Source: Acidimicrobiia bacterium
GTDB lineage: Bacteria; Actinomycetota; Acidimicrobiia; IMCC26256; JAMXLJ01
Direction: 5' to 3'
NCBI GenBank assembly: GCA_024281095.1
Contig: JAMXLJ010000082.1
Location: forward strand, 31,700-95,699
DNA length: 64,000 nucleotides
Positions 46,382 through 54,699 of this stretch are shown here, piece by piece; the first letter of the stretch is position 1; every line of letters begins with the position of its first letter. The notes beneath the pieces are model-generated. The model had not been told where the DNA came from. It saw only the letters and a list, made by a program, of their open reading frames with translations, and ran no database searches. The position numbers were made by a program, and so were the translations under genes.

Positions 46382-46606
46382 TCAGCGCGGATGCGCGTGG
46401 TGTGCCTCCGATGGCCGGAGGTCGCGCCCCGCAGGTGGACCGGGCGGCACCGGCTCGGGCGGCGGCACCGGTTCCGGAGGTGGAACGGGCTCGGGCGGCG
46501 GGACCGGTTCCGGCGGCGGGGCCGGTTCCGGCGGCGGAACGGGACCGAGGAAGGTCGCGGCGCCGCCTCCGGCGCGCTCTCCCTTTGCCGGGGCGTGGGG
46601 GGTCAC
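46382..46606 (-). CDS. Possible intercistronic proline-rich mini-protein, (PEPVPP)n
   Basis: The 74-codon ORF has a GTG start that overlaps the upstream stop (GTGA). It ends 11 nt before the next gene's ATG. It is encoded across the 18-bp tandem repeat. Confidence 0.35.
   Translation of the reverse strand: MTPHAPAKGERAGGGAATFLGPVPPPEPAPPPEPVPPPEPVPPPEPVPPPEPVPPGPPAGRDLRPSEAHHAHPR
46440..46547. repeat. 18-bp tandem repeat, about 6 units (consensus GGCGGCGGNACCGGTTCC)
   Basis: The units lie at 46458, 46476, 46494, 46512 and 46530, with a partial unit at 46440. Differences between units fall mostly at positions that are third-codon positions in both the plus and minus candidate frames. Confidence 0.9.
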
Positions 46607-47910
46607 TGCCTGTTGAACGACTTCGCCTCGGCAACCGTCGCCGGGTTGGCGTTCTCATAACAGAGGAACGGCTTGCCCGGTGAGCTGAAGATCGGCACGA
46701 ACTGGCTGTTCTTGATCTGCACGAGCGCCTGACAGGACAGCGGGTAGTGCTTGTTCGTGTGCTGCTGGGTCCAGTTCACCGGCGGGATCATGCCGTCGGC
46801 GTCGTAGTCGGTCAGTTTGTTGAGCGAGTCGATGAGCTTCTGACGGGTGAAGTCGGGGCCCGCGAGACGAAGGCCGTGCACGAACTCGGCGGCATTGACC
46901 CAGCCGATCTCGGCGTTCTCCGTCTTCTTGTAACCGCCCTTGTCCATCCACGTCATGAAGTCGCGCAGCGCGGGGAAGGCCGGCTTCGTCTCGAGCGGTG
47001 CTTCCTGGACCTGAACGATCGAGCCCTCGAAGAACCCACCGTTCTTGGCCACGAAGTCGTGGTCGTACCCGTTGGGCAGGTACTGGATCGCGTTCAGGCC
47101 CTGTTGGCGCATCTCCCGTGCCAGCGTGAGCACGCCGTTGCTGTCCATGCACGTCGTCACGAAGTCGACCCCGGCGTCGACCATCTTCTTCACGTCGGCG
47201 CTCACATCGGTGACGCCGAACGACAACGCCTTGGTGGAGTAGGCGATTTTCGCAGTCGGGAACTTGTTGAAGCTGGCCTGCAGACCGGCGGCGCAGTCGG
47301 CCGATTGGGCGACGTTGTACGCGAGGATGGCGACCTTCGTCTTGTGCAGGCGCTGCACCATGATCGGCACCTGCACGCCTGGGCAGTCGCCGCCGATGCA
47401 CAGGGCACCCACCTGTGGGAAGAAGTTGAGCGGACCGATCCAGTCGGTCTGGATGTTCCATCCGAACGTCGGCACGTTCGCCTGGGCGAGCAGCGGGGCG
47501 CCGGTGAACAGGATGGTGTGCATCGGTAGCGCCGCGAAGATGTTGTCCTGCGCGAGCATCGCCTGCACTTCGCGCTGGTTGTTCGACAGGTTGTCGTCGT
47601 GGCGCTTCACGATCACGAGCTTGCGACCGTAGATACCGCCCTGCGAGTTGATCATGTCGAAGTACGCCTGCACGCCGTCGTACGCGGTGCCGTACAGGAC
47701 GCCGATCGGGTTGGTCGTCGCGGTGACGCCGCTGACCCGTATCTCGGTGGGAGTGACCCCCGGCTCGTTCACGGCCGGGAAGCTCTTTTGCGTCCCCGAC
47801 GTGGCCGAGCCCCCGGTCGTGCCGGTGGGTTTCTTCGCCCCGCTCGAGCTCGAGCACGAGGCCACGGCCAACGCCGTGGCCATGACGACCGCGATCCAAC
47901 GAGCGCGCAT
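46603..47910 (-). CDS. ABC-transporter substrate-binding lipoprotein, branched-chain amino acid (LivJ / Peripla_BP_6)-like
   Basis: The lipobox LAVASC is followed by a Ser/Gly linker and a type 1 binding-protein body. The product is 435 aa. No permease or ATPase gene is adjacent. Confidence 0.8.
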   Translation of the reverse strand: MRARWIAVVMATALAVASCSSSSGAKKPTGTTGGSATSGTQKSFPAVNEPGVTPTEIRVSGVTATTNPIGVLYGTAYDGVQAYFDMINSQGGIYGRKLVIVKRHDDNLSNNQREVQAMLAQDNIFAALPMHTILFTGAPLLAQANVPTFGWNIQTDWIGPLNFFPQVGALCIGGDCPGVQVPIMVQRLHKTKVAILAYNVAQSADCAAGLQASFNKFPTAKIAYSTKALSFGVTDVSADVKKMVDAGVDFVTTCMDSNGVLTLAREMRQQGLNAIQYLPNGYDHDFVAKNGGFFEGSIVQVQEAPLETKPAFPALRDFMTWMDKGGYKKTENAEIGWVNAAEFVHGLRLAGPDFTRQKLIDSLNKLTDYDADGMIPPVNWTQQHTNKHYPLSCQALVQIKNSQFVPIFSSPGKPFLCYENANPATVAEAKSFNRQ

Positions 47911-48034
47911 CCGACGGTCCCCCCGAATCCTCGAACGCTACGGCGGGCAGATGCTACGAGGATTCCGGCCCGGCGTCCCGTCATTCCTTTCCCGGTCGAT
48001 CGTGGGTGCCCCGCGTCACTGCGGGCAGAGGGCC

Positions 48035-48074
48035 TTGACTCTCCCCTCGGGGGAGGCCGCACGATGCCGGCATG
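48035..48074 (+). promoter_or_regulatory. Putative MerR-type promoter with dyad in an over-long spacer, probably leaderless
   Basis: TTGACT lies at 48035..48040. It is followed by the dyad CTCCCC-TCG-GGGGAG inside a 20-nt spacer, a weak -10-like ACGATG, and then the ATG at 48072, 5 nt further on. Confidence 0.4.
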
Positions 48075-48914
48075 TCGCACAACGCATTCCTGCGCATCGG
48101 GCCGTTCTCCCGGGCGTCGTCGCTGTCGGTCAAGGCTCTCCGGGCGTATCACGAGACGGGGTTGCTCGTGCCGGCCGAGATCGACCCGCAGACGGGCTAC
48201 CGCTCGTACTCCGTCGCACAGCTCACCGACGCGACGATCATCCGCCGTCTCCGTGAGCTCGACATGCCGTTGGAAGCGATCCGTGAGGTCCTCGACGCCC
48301 GGGACCCGGCTGTCACGGGCAAGGTGCTGTCGGAACACGGAGCGAGGCTCGGGGAACGGCTCGCGGCAACGCAGCGGGCGATCGACGAAGTCTCACTCGC
48401 TCTGGAATCGCCCGCGGTGCACACGCCGATCCACCTTCGGGCTGAGCCGAGCCGCACGGTGCTCGCCGTCACCCAAATGGTGAGCGAGGAGGAATGGATG
48501 CCGTTTCTCGCTCGCGCGGTCGGCGCTCTGAAAGAAGCCGCGGCTGCCGCAGGTGCCGTGGTCGACGGCCCATTTGGCGCGTTGTACCCGACCCTGCTCG
48601 AGGACGACGCGCAAGAGGTGGCGGCGTACCTGCCAATTGCCACGGCAGTCGTGCTGCCGGTCGCCGCACGCTCCTCGGGGGTGACCGTGGACGTGCTTCC
48701 CGCAACCGACGTGGCCGTGCTGGTTCACATCGGCGACTACGAGACCATGGCCGACTCGTACACGACGCTCGGCGCGTGGGTCGCCGCCAACGCGGACGCC
48801 AGTGACGAGCCGGTGCGGGAGTGCTATCTCGTCGGCCCTCGCGACAGCGACGATACGGCGCGCTTTCGCACGGAGATCCTGTGGCCCGTTCGCGCGATGG
48901 GCGAACCGTCGTGA
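48072..48914 (+). CDS. MerR-family regulator with C-terminal GyrI-like effector-binding domain
   Basis: The N-terminal HTH reads LRIGPFSRASSLSVKALRAYHETGLL...GYRSYS. It is followed by a coiled coil and a ~150-aa GyrI-like half. Confidence 0.85.
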   Translation: MSHNAFLRIGPFSRASSLSVKALRAYHETGLLVPAEIDPQTGYRSYSVAQLTDATIIRRLRELDMPLEAIREVLDARDPAVTGKVLSEHGARLGERLAATQRAIDEVSLALESPAVHTPIHLRAEPSRTVLAVTQMVSEEEWMPFLARAVGALKEAAAAAGAVVDGPFGALYPTLLEDDAQEVAAYLPIATAVVLPVAARSSGVTVDVLPATDVAVLVHIGDYETMADSYTTLGAWVAANADASDEPVRECYLVGPRDSDDTARFRTEILWPVRAMGEPS

Positions 48915-49531
48915 GCTCCGACCTCGAGCAGCTTCTTGCAGGCTCGGCGGGCGCACGGCTCCGCGCGCGCGATGTCCCGGCATGGCCGGACGCGGGCGAC
49001 CTCCAACTCACATGGTCGGAGCTCGAAGTGGTGTCGCGGCGCGTCAACCGCCCGTGGGTGAAGATCGAGCGGCTCCTGCTGTCGCAGAATCGTCTGCCCG
49101 CTCCGATCCACCTCGAGCTCGAGAGTGGAGCGGTCTGCCGTCTCGACGGACCGTTCTCGCCCGCCGAGCCGTCGCTCGTCCGGGGATGGCGCGCGACCGG
49201 CCGCATCGCGCGGCAATCGGGGCGGCTGGCGCGGTCCACGAGCGTCGAGATCGAAATCGTCGCCTGGTCGGAGGATGCCGCCCAGCTGCGGTTGCGGCCG
49301 GTGAAGCGGACGTTGCGCTCGTGGGGCGCCCGCCGCCAGCGCCGCTACTTCGCACTCGCGCACGAATGCGCCGACCAGTTCGTATATCTACTGCTCGCGC
49401 CGTTGCGCAGGGCGGATCAGCCCCGTGAGCCCGAAGCCGGGTCGGAGGGGTGGGTCGCACACCAGGGCATCGGTGATCACAGCGCTCACCCGGGCCGGTG
49501 CCAGAACGTCCAGCGGCTCACCGCGACGTAG
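48911..49531 (+). CDS. Hypothetical protein coupled to the MerR gene
   Basis: GTG 48911 overlaps the MerR stop (GTGA). The product is ~206 aa and I recognise no domain. Its 3' end overlaps the convergent GNAT gene by ~46 nt. Confidence 0.5.
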   Translation: MSSDLEQLLAGSAGARLRARDVPAWPDAGDLQLTWSELEVVSRRVNRPWVKIERLLLSQNRLPAPIHLELESGAVCRLDGPFSPAEPSLVRGWRATGRIARQSGRLARSTSVEIEIVAWSEDAAQLRLRPVKRTLRSWGARRQRRYFALAHECADQFVYLLLAPLRRADQPREPEAGSEGWVAHQGIGDHSAHPGRCQNVQRLTAT

Positions 49532-50250
49532 CCCATCCGCTCGTACACGGGCCGGCCGAGGTCGCTGGCGATGAGCACCGCGGGGAGCGCCGGATCCACC
49601 AGCGTCGCGGCCCACGTCAGCGCCTCCCCGTACCCGCGGCCCCTCGCGTCCGGCATCGTCGCGATCATCTCCACCACGACGACGCCGGCGGCCGCGTGCC
49701 CGGCCGAGGTCGCGACGGTCCGGCCGGCGACCGAGCCGGTGAAGAACCGGGTCGGACCGCCCAGGACGCGCTCGTGATGCATCCCGCCCCAGGCGTACGG
49801 CTGCATCGCGGTGTCGGGGTAGCCGTCGACCACGGTGCGTTCGAACCCCTCGAGGCCCGGCTGGTCGACCACTTCGAGGATGGTGAGCTCCGGCGGCACC
49901 GATGGAGTCGCGGCCTGCGCGGCCCGGACCATCAGGGGCGGTTGGCCGACGAGGTGATAGCCCGCGTCGGTGAGGTCCGGGACCGACCACGGTGAGATGA
50001 GCGACACGGGGCGCCCCGCCGGCACGACCGCCGAGACACGGGCCGGGACGCCGTCCCAGTCGCGCGGCTCGCGCACCACGTACGCGACGTTCGTGAAGAA
50101 GCCACGGTCGCCGAGCCACGTGGCGACGAGGTCGTCGTCGGCGAGATGTGGTCGTTCGGCGCAGCGTGCTGCATGGAGGACGCGGTCGCCCATCGCGACG
50201 ACCGCGCGGTCGGTCAGTGTGCTCGCCTCGGAGAGGACGATCGTCGTCAT
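49486..50250 (-). CDS. Two-domain GNAT-family N-acetyltransferase
   Basis: The C-terminal acetyl-CoA loop reads MPDARGRGYGEALTWAA...VYERMGY. The product is 254 aa. The start lies 17 nt after the STAND gene stop. Confidence 0.8.
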   Translation of the reverse strand: MTTIVLSEASTLTDRAVVAMGDRVLHAARCAERPHLADDDLVATWLGDRGFFTNVAYVVREPRDWDGVPARVSAVVPAGRPVSLISPWSVPDLTDAGYHLVGQPPLMVRAAQAATPSVPPELTILEVVDQPGLEGFERTVVDGYPDTAMQPYAWGGMHHERVLGGPTRFFTGSVAGRTVATSAGHAAAGVVVVEMIATMPDARGRGYGEALTWAATLVDPALPAVLIASDLGRPVYERMGYVAVSRWTFWHRPG

Positions 50251-50267
50251 GCCCGGGAGGCGCCAGA

Positions 50268-53200
50268 TCACGTCTGGCAGCGCCAGTCGACGGGGTCCTC
50301 CGGCTGGTACGAGCAGAACGTTCCCGTCCTGACCGAGTGGGAGAGATGGCGGCCCAGCGCGGGGTGCAGCCCCTCGATCCGCCGGATGGCGTCGCGTATG
50401 CGGGCCGACACCGCCTTGCGCAGCCGTTCCACGGGCTCGGCCCCGGCCGTCCTCGTCCGGCCACCGAGACCCAAGGACCGCGTCAGTTCGTCGACGAGCG
50501 TGTCGTACTCGGTCTGGAGCCGCTCCACGCGACCGACGTCGTTCGCGGCCTGCGCCTCGTCGATGTCTTCCGCAAGGTCGGTGAGCCGCTGTCGATACGC
50601 AGCGACCGCGCGTCGGTCGAGCGCGTCACCGGAGCCGGTCCCCACCGCGTCACGCGGCACCGTCTCGAGCTCCGTGACATGGAATTCGCGCCCGGGCGCA
50701 GCGAGGAGCACCGAGAGATCCGCGACACCTTTGCCGTGCTTCACGATCGTGGACGTTCCACCGAAGGTCATGTGCCACACGTCCCCGTCACGGCGCAGCT
50801 CGTTGGATGTGGCCGGGACGTGCCGTAGTAGCTGGCGCCGGTCGCGTGCTCGTATTTGATGCATTGCGCCGGCGGCCGCGTACGCGTCGGCCGCCCGAGC
50901 GTGAAGCTGTGCGGCCTCGTCGAGGTCGGACGCGGTGCCTCGGCGTTCGAGGCATCGTGCGAGTGATCGCATCGCGTCCGCTGCGAGCAAGCCCCCCGCT
51001 CGACTGTTGACCTCCAGCGCGGTGCGGGCGAACGCGACGGCATCGTCGTGCTCACCGAGAACTGAGCAGCCCATTGCGACGAACCGGGCGACCGATCCGT
51101 GCAGCCCGGCGCCGATGCCCTCGAACGCGACGAGGTGTGCGTACGGGCGAAGCGCGTTCACGAGATCGCGTACGAGCGGATGCTCCAACGTCGCGGCGAC
51201 GTCGAGCTGCAAAGCGACGTTCGCGAGCCATTCCGCGTCGAAGGGCAGCGAGTCGATACCCGCGGCCTGGCACCGATCGAGCACGGCGACCGCCTCGGCG
51301 GTCCGGCCGGCCAACGCGTACGACAGGGCCCAGCCGCCCGCGGCGGCGAGATACACCATGAGCTCCGGGTTGTCGCGGGCCAGCGTGTCGATGCCGCGAA
51401 CCGCGCCTGCGTAGTCGCCGCCGGTCCAGTCCCGTATCCAACCCAGGACGACGCACAGCATCTCGGCGTTGATGCTCCCCGCGGCACGGCCGAGCGTGCG
51501 CGCCTCGTCGATCGCGGCATCGCACGCGTCGACCTTTCCTTCGATGAGCGCGCGCTGCCCGGCCCACAAGGGCACGTACCAGGCGTACAGCGGATTGCCG
51601 ACCGCATCCGCGCGACGGCCGTACGCGGCCGCCTCGTCGTCGGCCGCCTTGAACCGGCCGAGCTCGAGGAGCGCGACGAACCGCAGCCGGCGACCGAGGA
51701 GCTCGAGCGGCCCATCGCCTTCGCGTTCGCCGATGGCCACGATCTCGGTCGCCTCGGCGAGACGGCGATCGACGTTCTCAGGGCCCGAGATCGCGTCGCA
51801 GTGCGCGGCGAGACACCGCCCGAGGACGACCGGCGCGCCCGTTCGCCGCGCGAGCTCGACGGCAGTCTCGGCCAGACGGAGCCGGCGCTCGCCCGGCGCG
51901 CTCATCGAGAGAGCGACCGAGAGCCGCGCGAGGACGGTCGCACGCAGAGCGTCGTGGCAGGCGTCCTCGAGCATGGAGGCCGCCTCTTCCAGCAGATCGA
52001 TCTGGCGCTGGTCGAACAGACGGACCTCGAAGCCGGAGAGGTCGATGCTGAAGCCGAGCGCGGCGCGCGCCAGCAACTCGGGCGACCCGTCGCGACGCGC
52101 GAGCGCCGCCGCGTCTTCGAACGCGCGCCCCGCTGAGGGCGCGTCGCCGACGAGCAGCCGGGCCCGGCCGAGACCGAGCAGCGCGTCGGCTCTCACGTCG
52201 ACGGCTGCGCCCGACTCGAGCGCGGCGAGGGCCCGCTCGTAATGCGCAACTGCTTCTTCCCACGCGAACGCGCTGATCGCGCGGCTGCCGGCGCGCACGG
52301 ACCAGCGGGCCGCCTCGATGGATCGCCCGCCGTCGGCCGCGAACAGGTGATGCGCAATGGTCGCGGGCTCGGCTCCGGCCCGCTCGAGCAGGCTCGCAGC
52401 CTTCCTGTGGAGCGCGCACTGCTGCAGGTCACCGACTCCCGCCAGCGTTGCTTCGCGGAACAAGTCGTGCGCGAACCCCCAGGACGCGACACCCGGGGAC
52501 CGCTCGATGATCCGCAACGTCGCGGCTCGCTCGAGGGCAGGCGCGACATCGTCGACCGTGCGTTCGAGCAACGCGGCGAGGTCGGGCATCGTGAACGTGC
52601 CTCCCAGCACAGCTGCCGCGGCCAGCACCGACCGGTCGCCGGATGGCAACGCGGCGAGCCGGCCCTCGAGGAGATCGCGCGCGCCGCCAGTCAGCGCCCG
52701 AGTCTCGAGCCCAGACGGGTCTGCGCCGAGAAGCCTCGCGAGCTGGACGACGAGAAACGGGTTTCCGCCCGTTCGGCGATGCACCTCGGCCGAGACCTGT
52801 GCGGCCCGCTCACGGCCGACGGGACCGTTGAGCAACGCGGCGACACCGTCGACGTCGAGGCCCTGGAGCTCGAACCGGTCCACCGACGACGTGAGCCGCG
52901 TCAGCGGCGCGCCCGGTGCCACCTCGGTATCGCGGTACGTCGCGACGACGAGCACTGAGGCCGCGGGGACATGGCCGGCAACGACGCCGAGGAGTTGCAC
53001 GGTGCCCTCGTCGGCCCACTGCAAGTCGTCGAGCACGACGACGAGCGGGCGTTCACGTGAGGCGCGTTCAAAGGCGGTGGCGACCGATGCGTACGCGGTC
53101 GCGCGTGCAGACGCCGCCGCGGCCGTGCCGTCGGACGTGGTGCCAGCGAGCGCCTGCCGGGGCGGCTCGCCGATCGGGCCGAGCCCCGAGAGCACCGTCA

Positions 53201-53513
53201 ACCAAGGGCCGTGTGCGACGGTCGCGCCGCCCGCCCAGCACGCGGCCCAACGCACGGACGCGCCGACGCGTCGCGCGCGATCGGCGACGTCGCGCGCCAT
53301 GGTGGTCTTCCCGATCCCCGGCTCTCCGGTGAGCGTCACGACGGTGCCACGGCCGTGGAGGGCGCGGTCCAACGCCTCACCGAGCGACGCCCGGATCGCG
53401 CCACGCCCCACCGGCTCGTCAGCACCCACGCCCTTCGGACGGTAGTCCCCGGCTCGCGACGCGAGCCCGGATCTGGCGCCATCGGGGCGACGGCTACATG
53501 AGGAGGCCAACAT
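50268..53513 (-). CDS. STAND-type AAA_16 NTPase with TPR/helical-repeat body and uncharacterised C-terminal domain
   Basis: Walker A GEPGIGKTT and Walker B LVVVLDDLQWAD are followed by ~600 aa of helical repeats. The last ~180 aa read RRDGDVWHMTFGG...LLAAPGREFHVTELE...TGTFCSY. There is no LuxR HTH. The start is ATG 53513 or GTG 53429. Confidence 0.8.
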   Translation of the reverse strand: MLASSCSRRPDGARSGLASRAGDYRPKGVGADEPVGRGAIRASLGEALDRALHGRGTVVTLTGEPGIGKTTMARDVADRARRVGASVRWAACWAGGATVAHGPWLTVLSGLGPIGEPPRQALAGTTSDGTAAAASARATAYASVATAFERASRERPLVVVLDDLQWADEGTVQLLGVVAGHVPAASVLVVATYRDTEVAPGAPLTRLTSSVDRFELQGLDVDGVAALLNGPVGRERAAQVSAEVHRRTGGNPFLVVQLARLLGADPSGLETRALTGGARDLLEGRLAALPSGDRSVLAAAAVLGGTFTMPDLAALLERTVDDVAPALERAATLRIIERSPGVASWGFAHDLFREATLAGVGDLQQCALHRKAASLLERAGAEPATIAHHLFAADGGRSIEAARWSVRAGSRAISAFAWEEAVAHYERALAALESGAAVDVRADALLGLGRARLLVGDAPSAGRAFEDAAALARRDGSPELLARAALGFSIDLSGFEVRLFDQRQIDLLEEAASMLEDACHDALRATVLARLSVALSMSAPGERRLRLAETAVELARRTGAPVVLGRCLAAHCDAISGPENVDRRLAEATEIVAIGEREGDGPLELLGRRLRFVALLELGRFKAADDEAAAYGRRADAVGNPLYAWYVPLWAGQRALIEGKVDACDAAIDEARTLGRAAGSINAEMLCVVLGWIRDWTGGDYAGAVRGIDTLARDNPELMVYLAAAGGWALSYALAGRTAEAVAVLDRCQAAGIDSLPFDAEWLANVALQLDVAATLEHPLVRDLVNALRPYAHLVAFEGIGAGLHGSVARFVAMGCSVLGEHDDAVAFARTALEVNSRAGGLLAADAMRSLARCLERRGTASDLDEAAQLHARAADAYAAAGAMHQIRARDRRQLLRHVPATSNELRRDGDVWHMTFGGTSTIVKHGKGVADLSVLLAAPGREFHVTELETVPRDAVGTGSGDALDRRAVAAYRQRLTDLAEDIDEAQAANDVGRVERLQTEYDTLVDELTRSLGLGGRTRTAGAEPVERLRKAVSARIRDAIRRIEGLHPALGRHLSHSVRTGTFCSYQPEDPVDWRCQT

Positions 53514-54621
53514 GACAACCACGGTCGAACCGACCACAGAGGATCTCGAGACGCAGGTCGGCGCGTTCGCCGAGCGCGTGATGATGGCCACGATCGGCTC
53601 GTTCGAGCTCGCGACGGTCGAGCTCGGGATGCGGCTCGGGCTCTACGCGGCGATGGCGGACGGTCCCGTCACCCCGCCGGAGCTCGCGACGCGGACCGGC
53701 ATCGACGCGCGCTACGCACGGGAGTGGCTCGAGCAGCAGGCGACGTCCGGGTTCGTGAAGGTCGACGCGGAGGCGGTGCGCGGCGATGCCGACACGCGGA
53801 TCTTCTCGCTCCCGGACGCGCACAAGGTGTGCCTGCTGGACCCCGACAGCCTCGCCTGCGTTGCGCCGCTCGCGACGTTCGCGGTCGCGGGCCCGCCGGT
53901 CGTGTCCGAGCTCGTCGACGTGTACCGGACAGGTGGCGGGATCTCGTTCGGAGGCTACGGCGCCGACATTCGGCACGCGCAGGCAGCGGCGAACCGGCCG
54001 CAGTTCGCGAATCTGCTCGCGACGGAGTGGCTCTCCGCCATGCCGGACGTGGTCGCGCGGTTGCGCGAGCCCGGTGCACAAGTGGCCGATGTCGGCTGTG
54101 GGTGCGGTTGGTCGTCGATCGCGCTGGCGCGGGGGTTCGACAGCGTGACCGTCGACGGTTTCGACCTCGACGAACCGTCCATCGCGGAGGCCCGGACGAA
54201 CGCGCAGGATGCCGGCGTCGCCGAGCGCGTGAGATTCGAGACCCGTGACGCAGCGGGCGCCGCGCCCGGACGTTACGACCTCGTCTGCTGCTTCGAAGCG
54301 CTGCATGACATGGCCCATCCGGTCGAGGTTCTTGCCGCGATGCGCGCGATGGCCGCACCCGGTGGAACGGTGTTCGTCGTCGACGAACGGGCGGCGGATG
54401 CGCTGACCGCCAACGACCCCGACCCGATCCAGCGACTGTTCTACACGTGCAGCGTCCTGCACTGCCTGCCCGTTGGTCGCAGTCAGGAGCACTCGGCTGC
54501 AACTGGCACGGTCATGCGCACCGCGACGCTCGAGCGCTACGCGGTCGAGGCCGGCTACACCTCGGTGGAGGTGCTGCCGATCGAGCACGACATGTTCCGG
54601 TTCTACCGCCTGCGCGTGTGA
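53512..54621 (+). CDS. Class I SAM-dependent methyltransferase with N-terminal winged-helix-like domain
   Basis: A strong RBS, AGGAGG, lies 5 nt upstream of the start. Motif I reads VADVGCGCGWSSIALA and the post-I segment reads GFDLD. The product is 369 aa. Confidence 0.85.
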   Translation: MTTTVEPTTEDLETQVGAFAERVMMATIGSFELATVELGMRLGLYAAMADGPVTPPELATRTGIDARYAREWLEQQATSGFVKVDAEAVRGDADTRIFSLPDAHKVCLLDPDSLACVAPLATFAVAGPPVVSELVDVYRTGGGISFGGYGADIRHAQAAANRPQFANLLATEWLSAMPDVVARLREPGAQVADVGCGCGWSSIALARGFDSVTVDGFDLDEPSIAEARTNAQDAGVAERVRFETRDAAGAAPGRYDLVCCFEALHDMAHPVEVLAAMRAMAAPGGTVFVVDERAADALTANDPDPIQRLFYTCSVLHCLPVGRSQEHSAATGTVMRTATLERYAVEAGYTSVEVLPIEHDMFRFYRLRV

Positions 54622-54640
54622 CCGGACCGCTCACTTCCGG

Positions 54641-54686
54641 AGTTGGGATGATCTTCCGGCCCATGTGGCGGAAGATCATCCCAACT
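54641..54686. terminator. Perfect 18-bp inverted repeat with a 10-nt loop between convergent genes
   Basis: AGTTGGGATGATCTTCCG and CGGAAGATCATCCCAACT are exact reverse complements. The element is about 50% G+C in a ~70% background. There is no U-tract. Confidence 0.55.
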
Positions 54687-54699
54687 GGCTGTGAGGGAG

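Noticed and set aside
46440-46547. The tandem repeat considered as a possible CRISPR array.
   Set aside because: The units are contiguous 18-mers with no spacers and no cas genes nearby. This is a coding or intercistronic VNTR, not a CRISPR array.
46122-46616. The plus-strand (GGGTGS)n reading of the repeat, in a 164-aa ORF.
   Set aside because: Most of that ORF is antisense to the well-supported adenosine-kinase-like gene and lacks an RBS. The minus-strand mini-ORF fits the operon geometry better, although the synonymous-variation argument cannot separate the two frames.
50268-50800. A search for a LuxR-type or other HTH at the C-terminus of the STAND protein.
   Set aside because: I recognise no LuxR/GerE signature (…L-T-x-R-E-x-E-V-L…). 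I left the domain as uncharacterised rather than calling the protein a LAL regulator.
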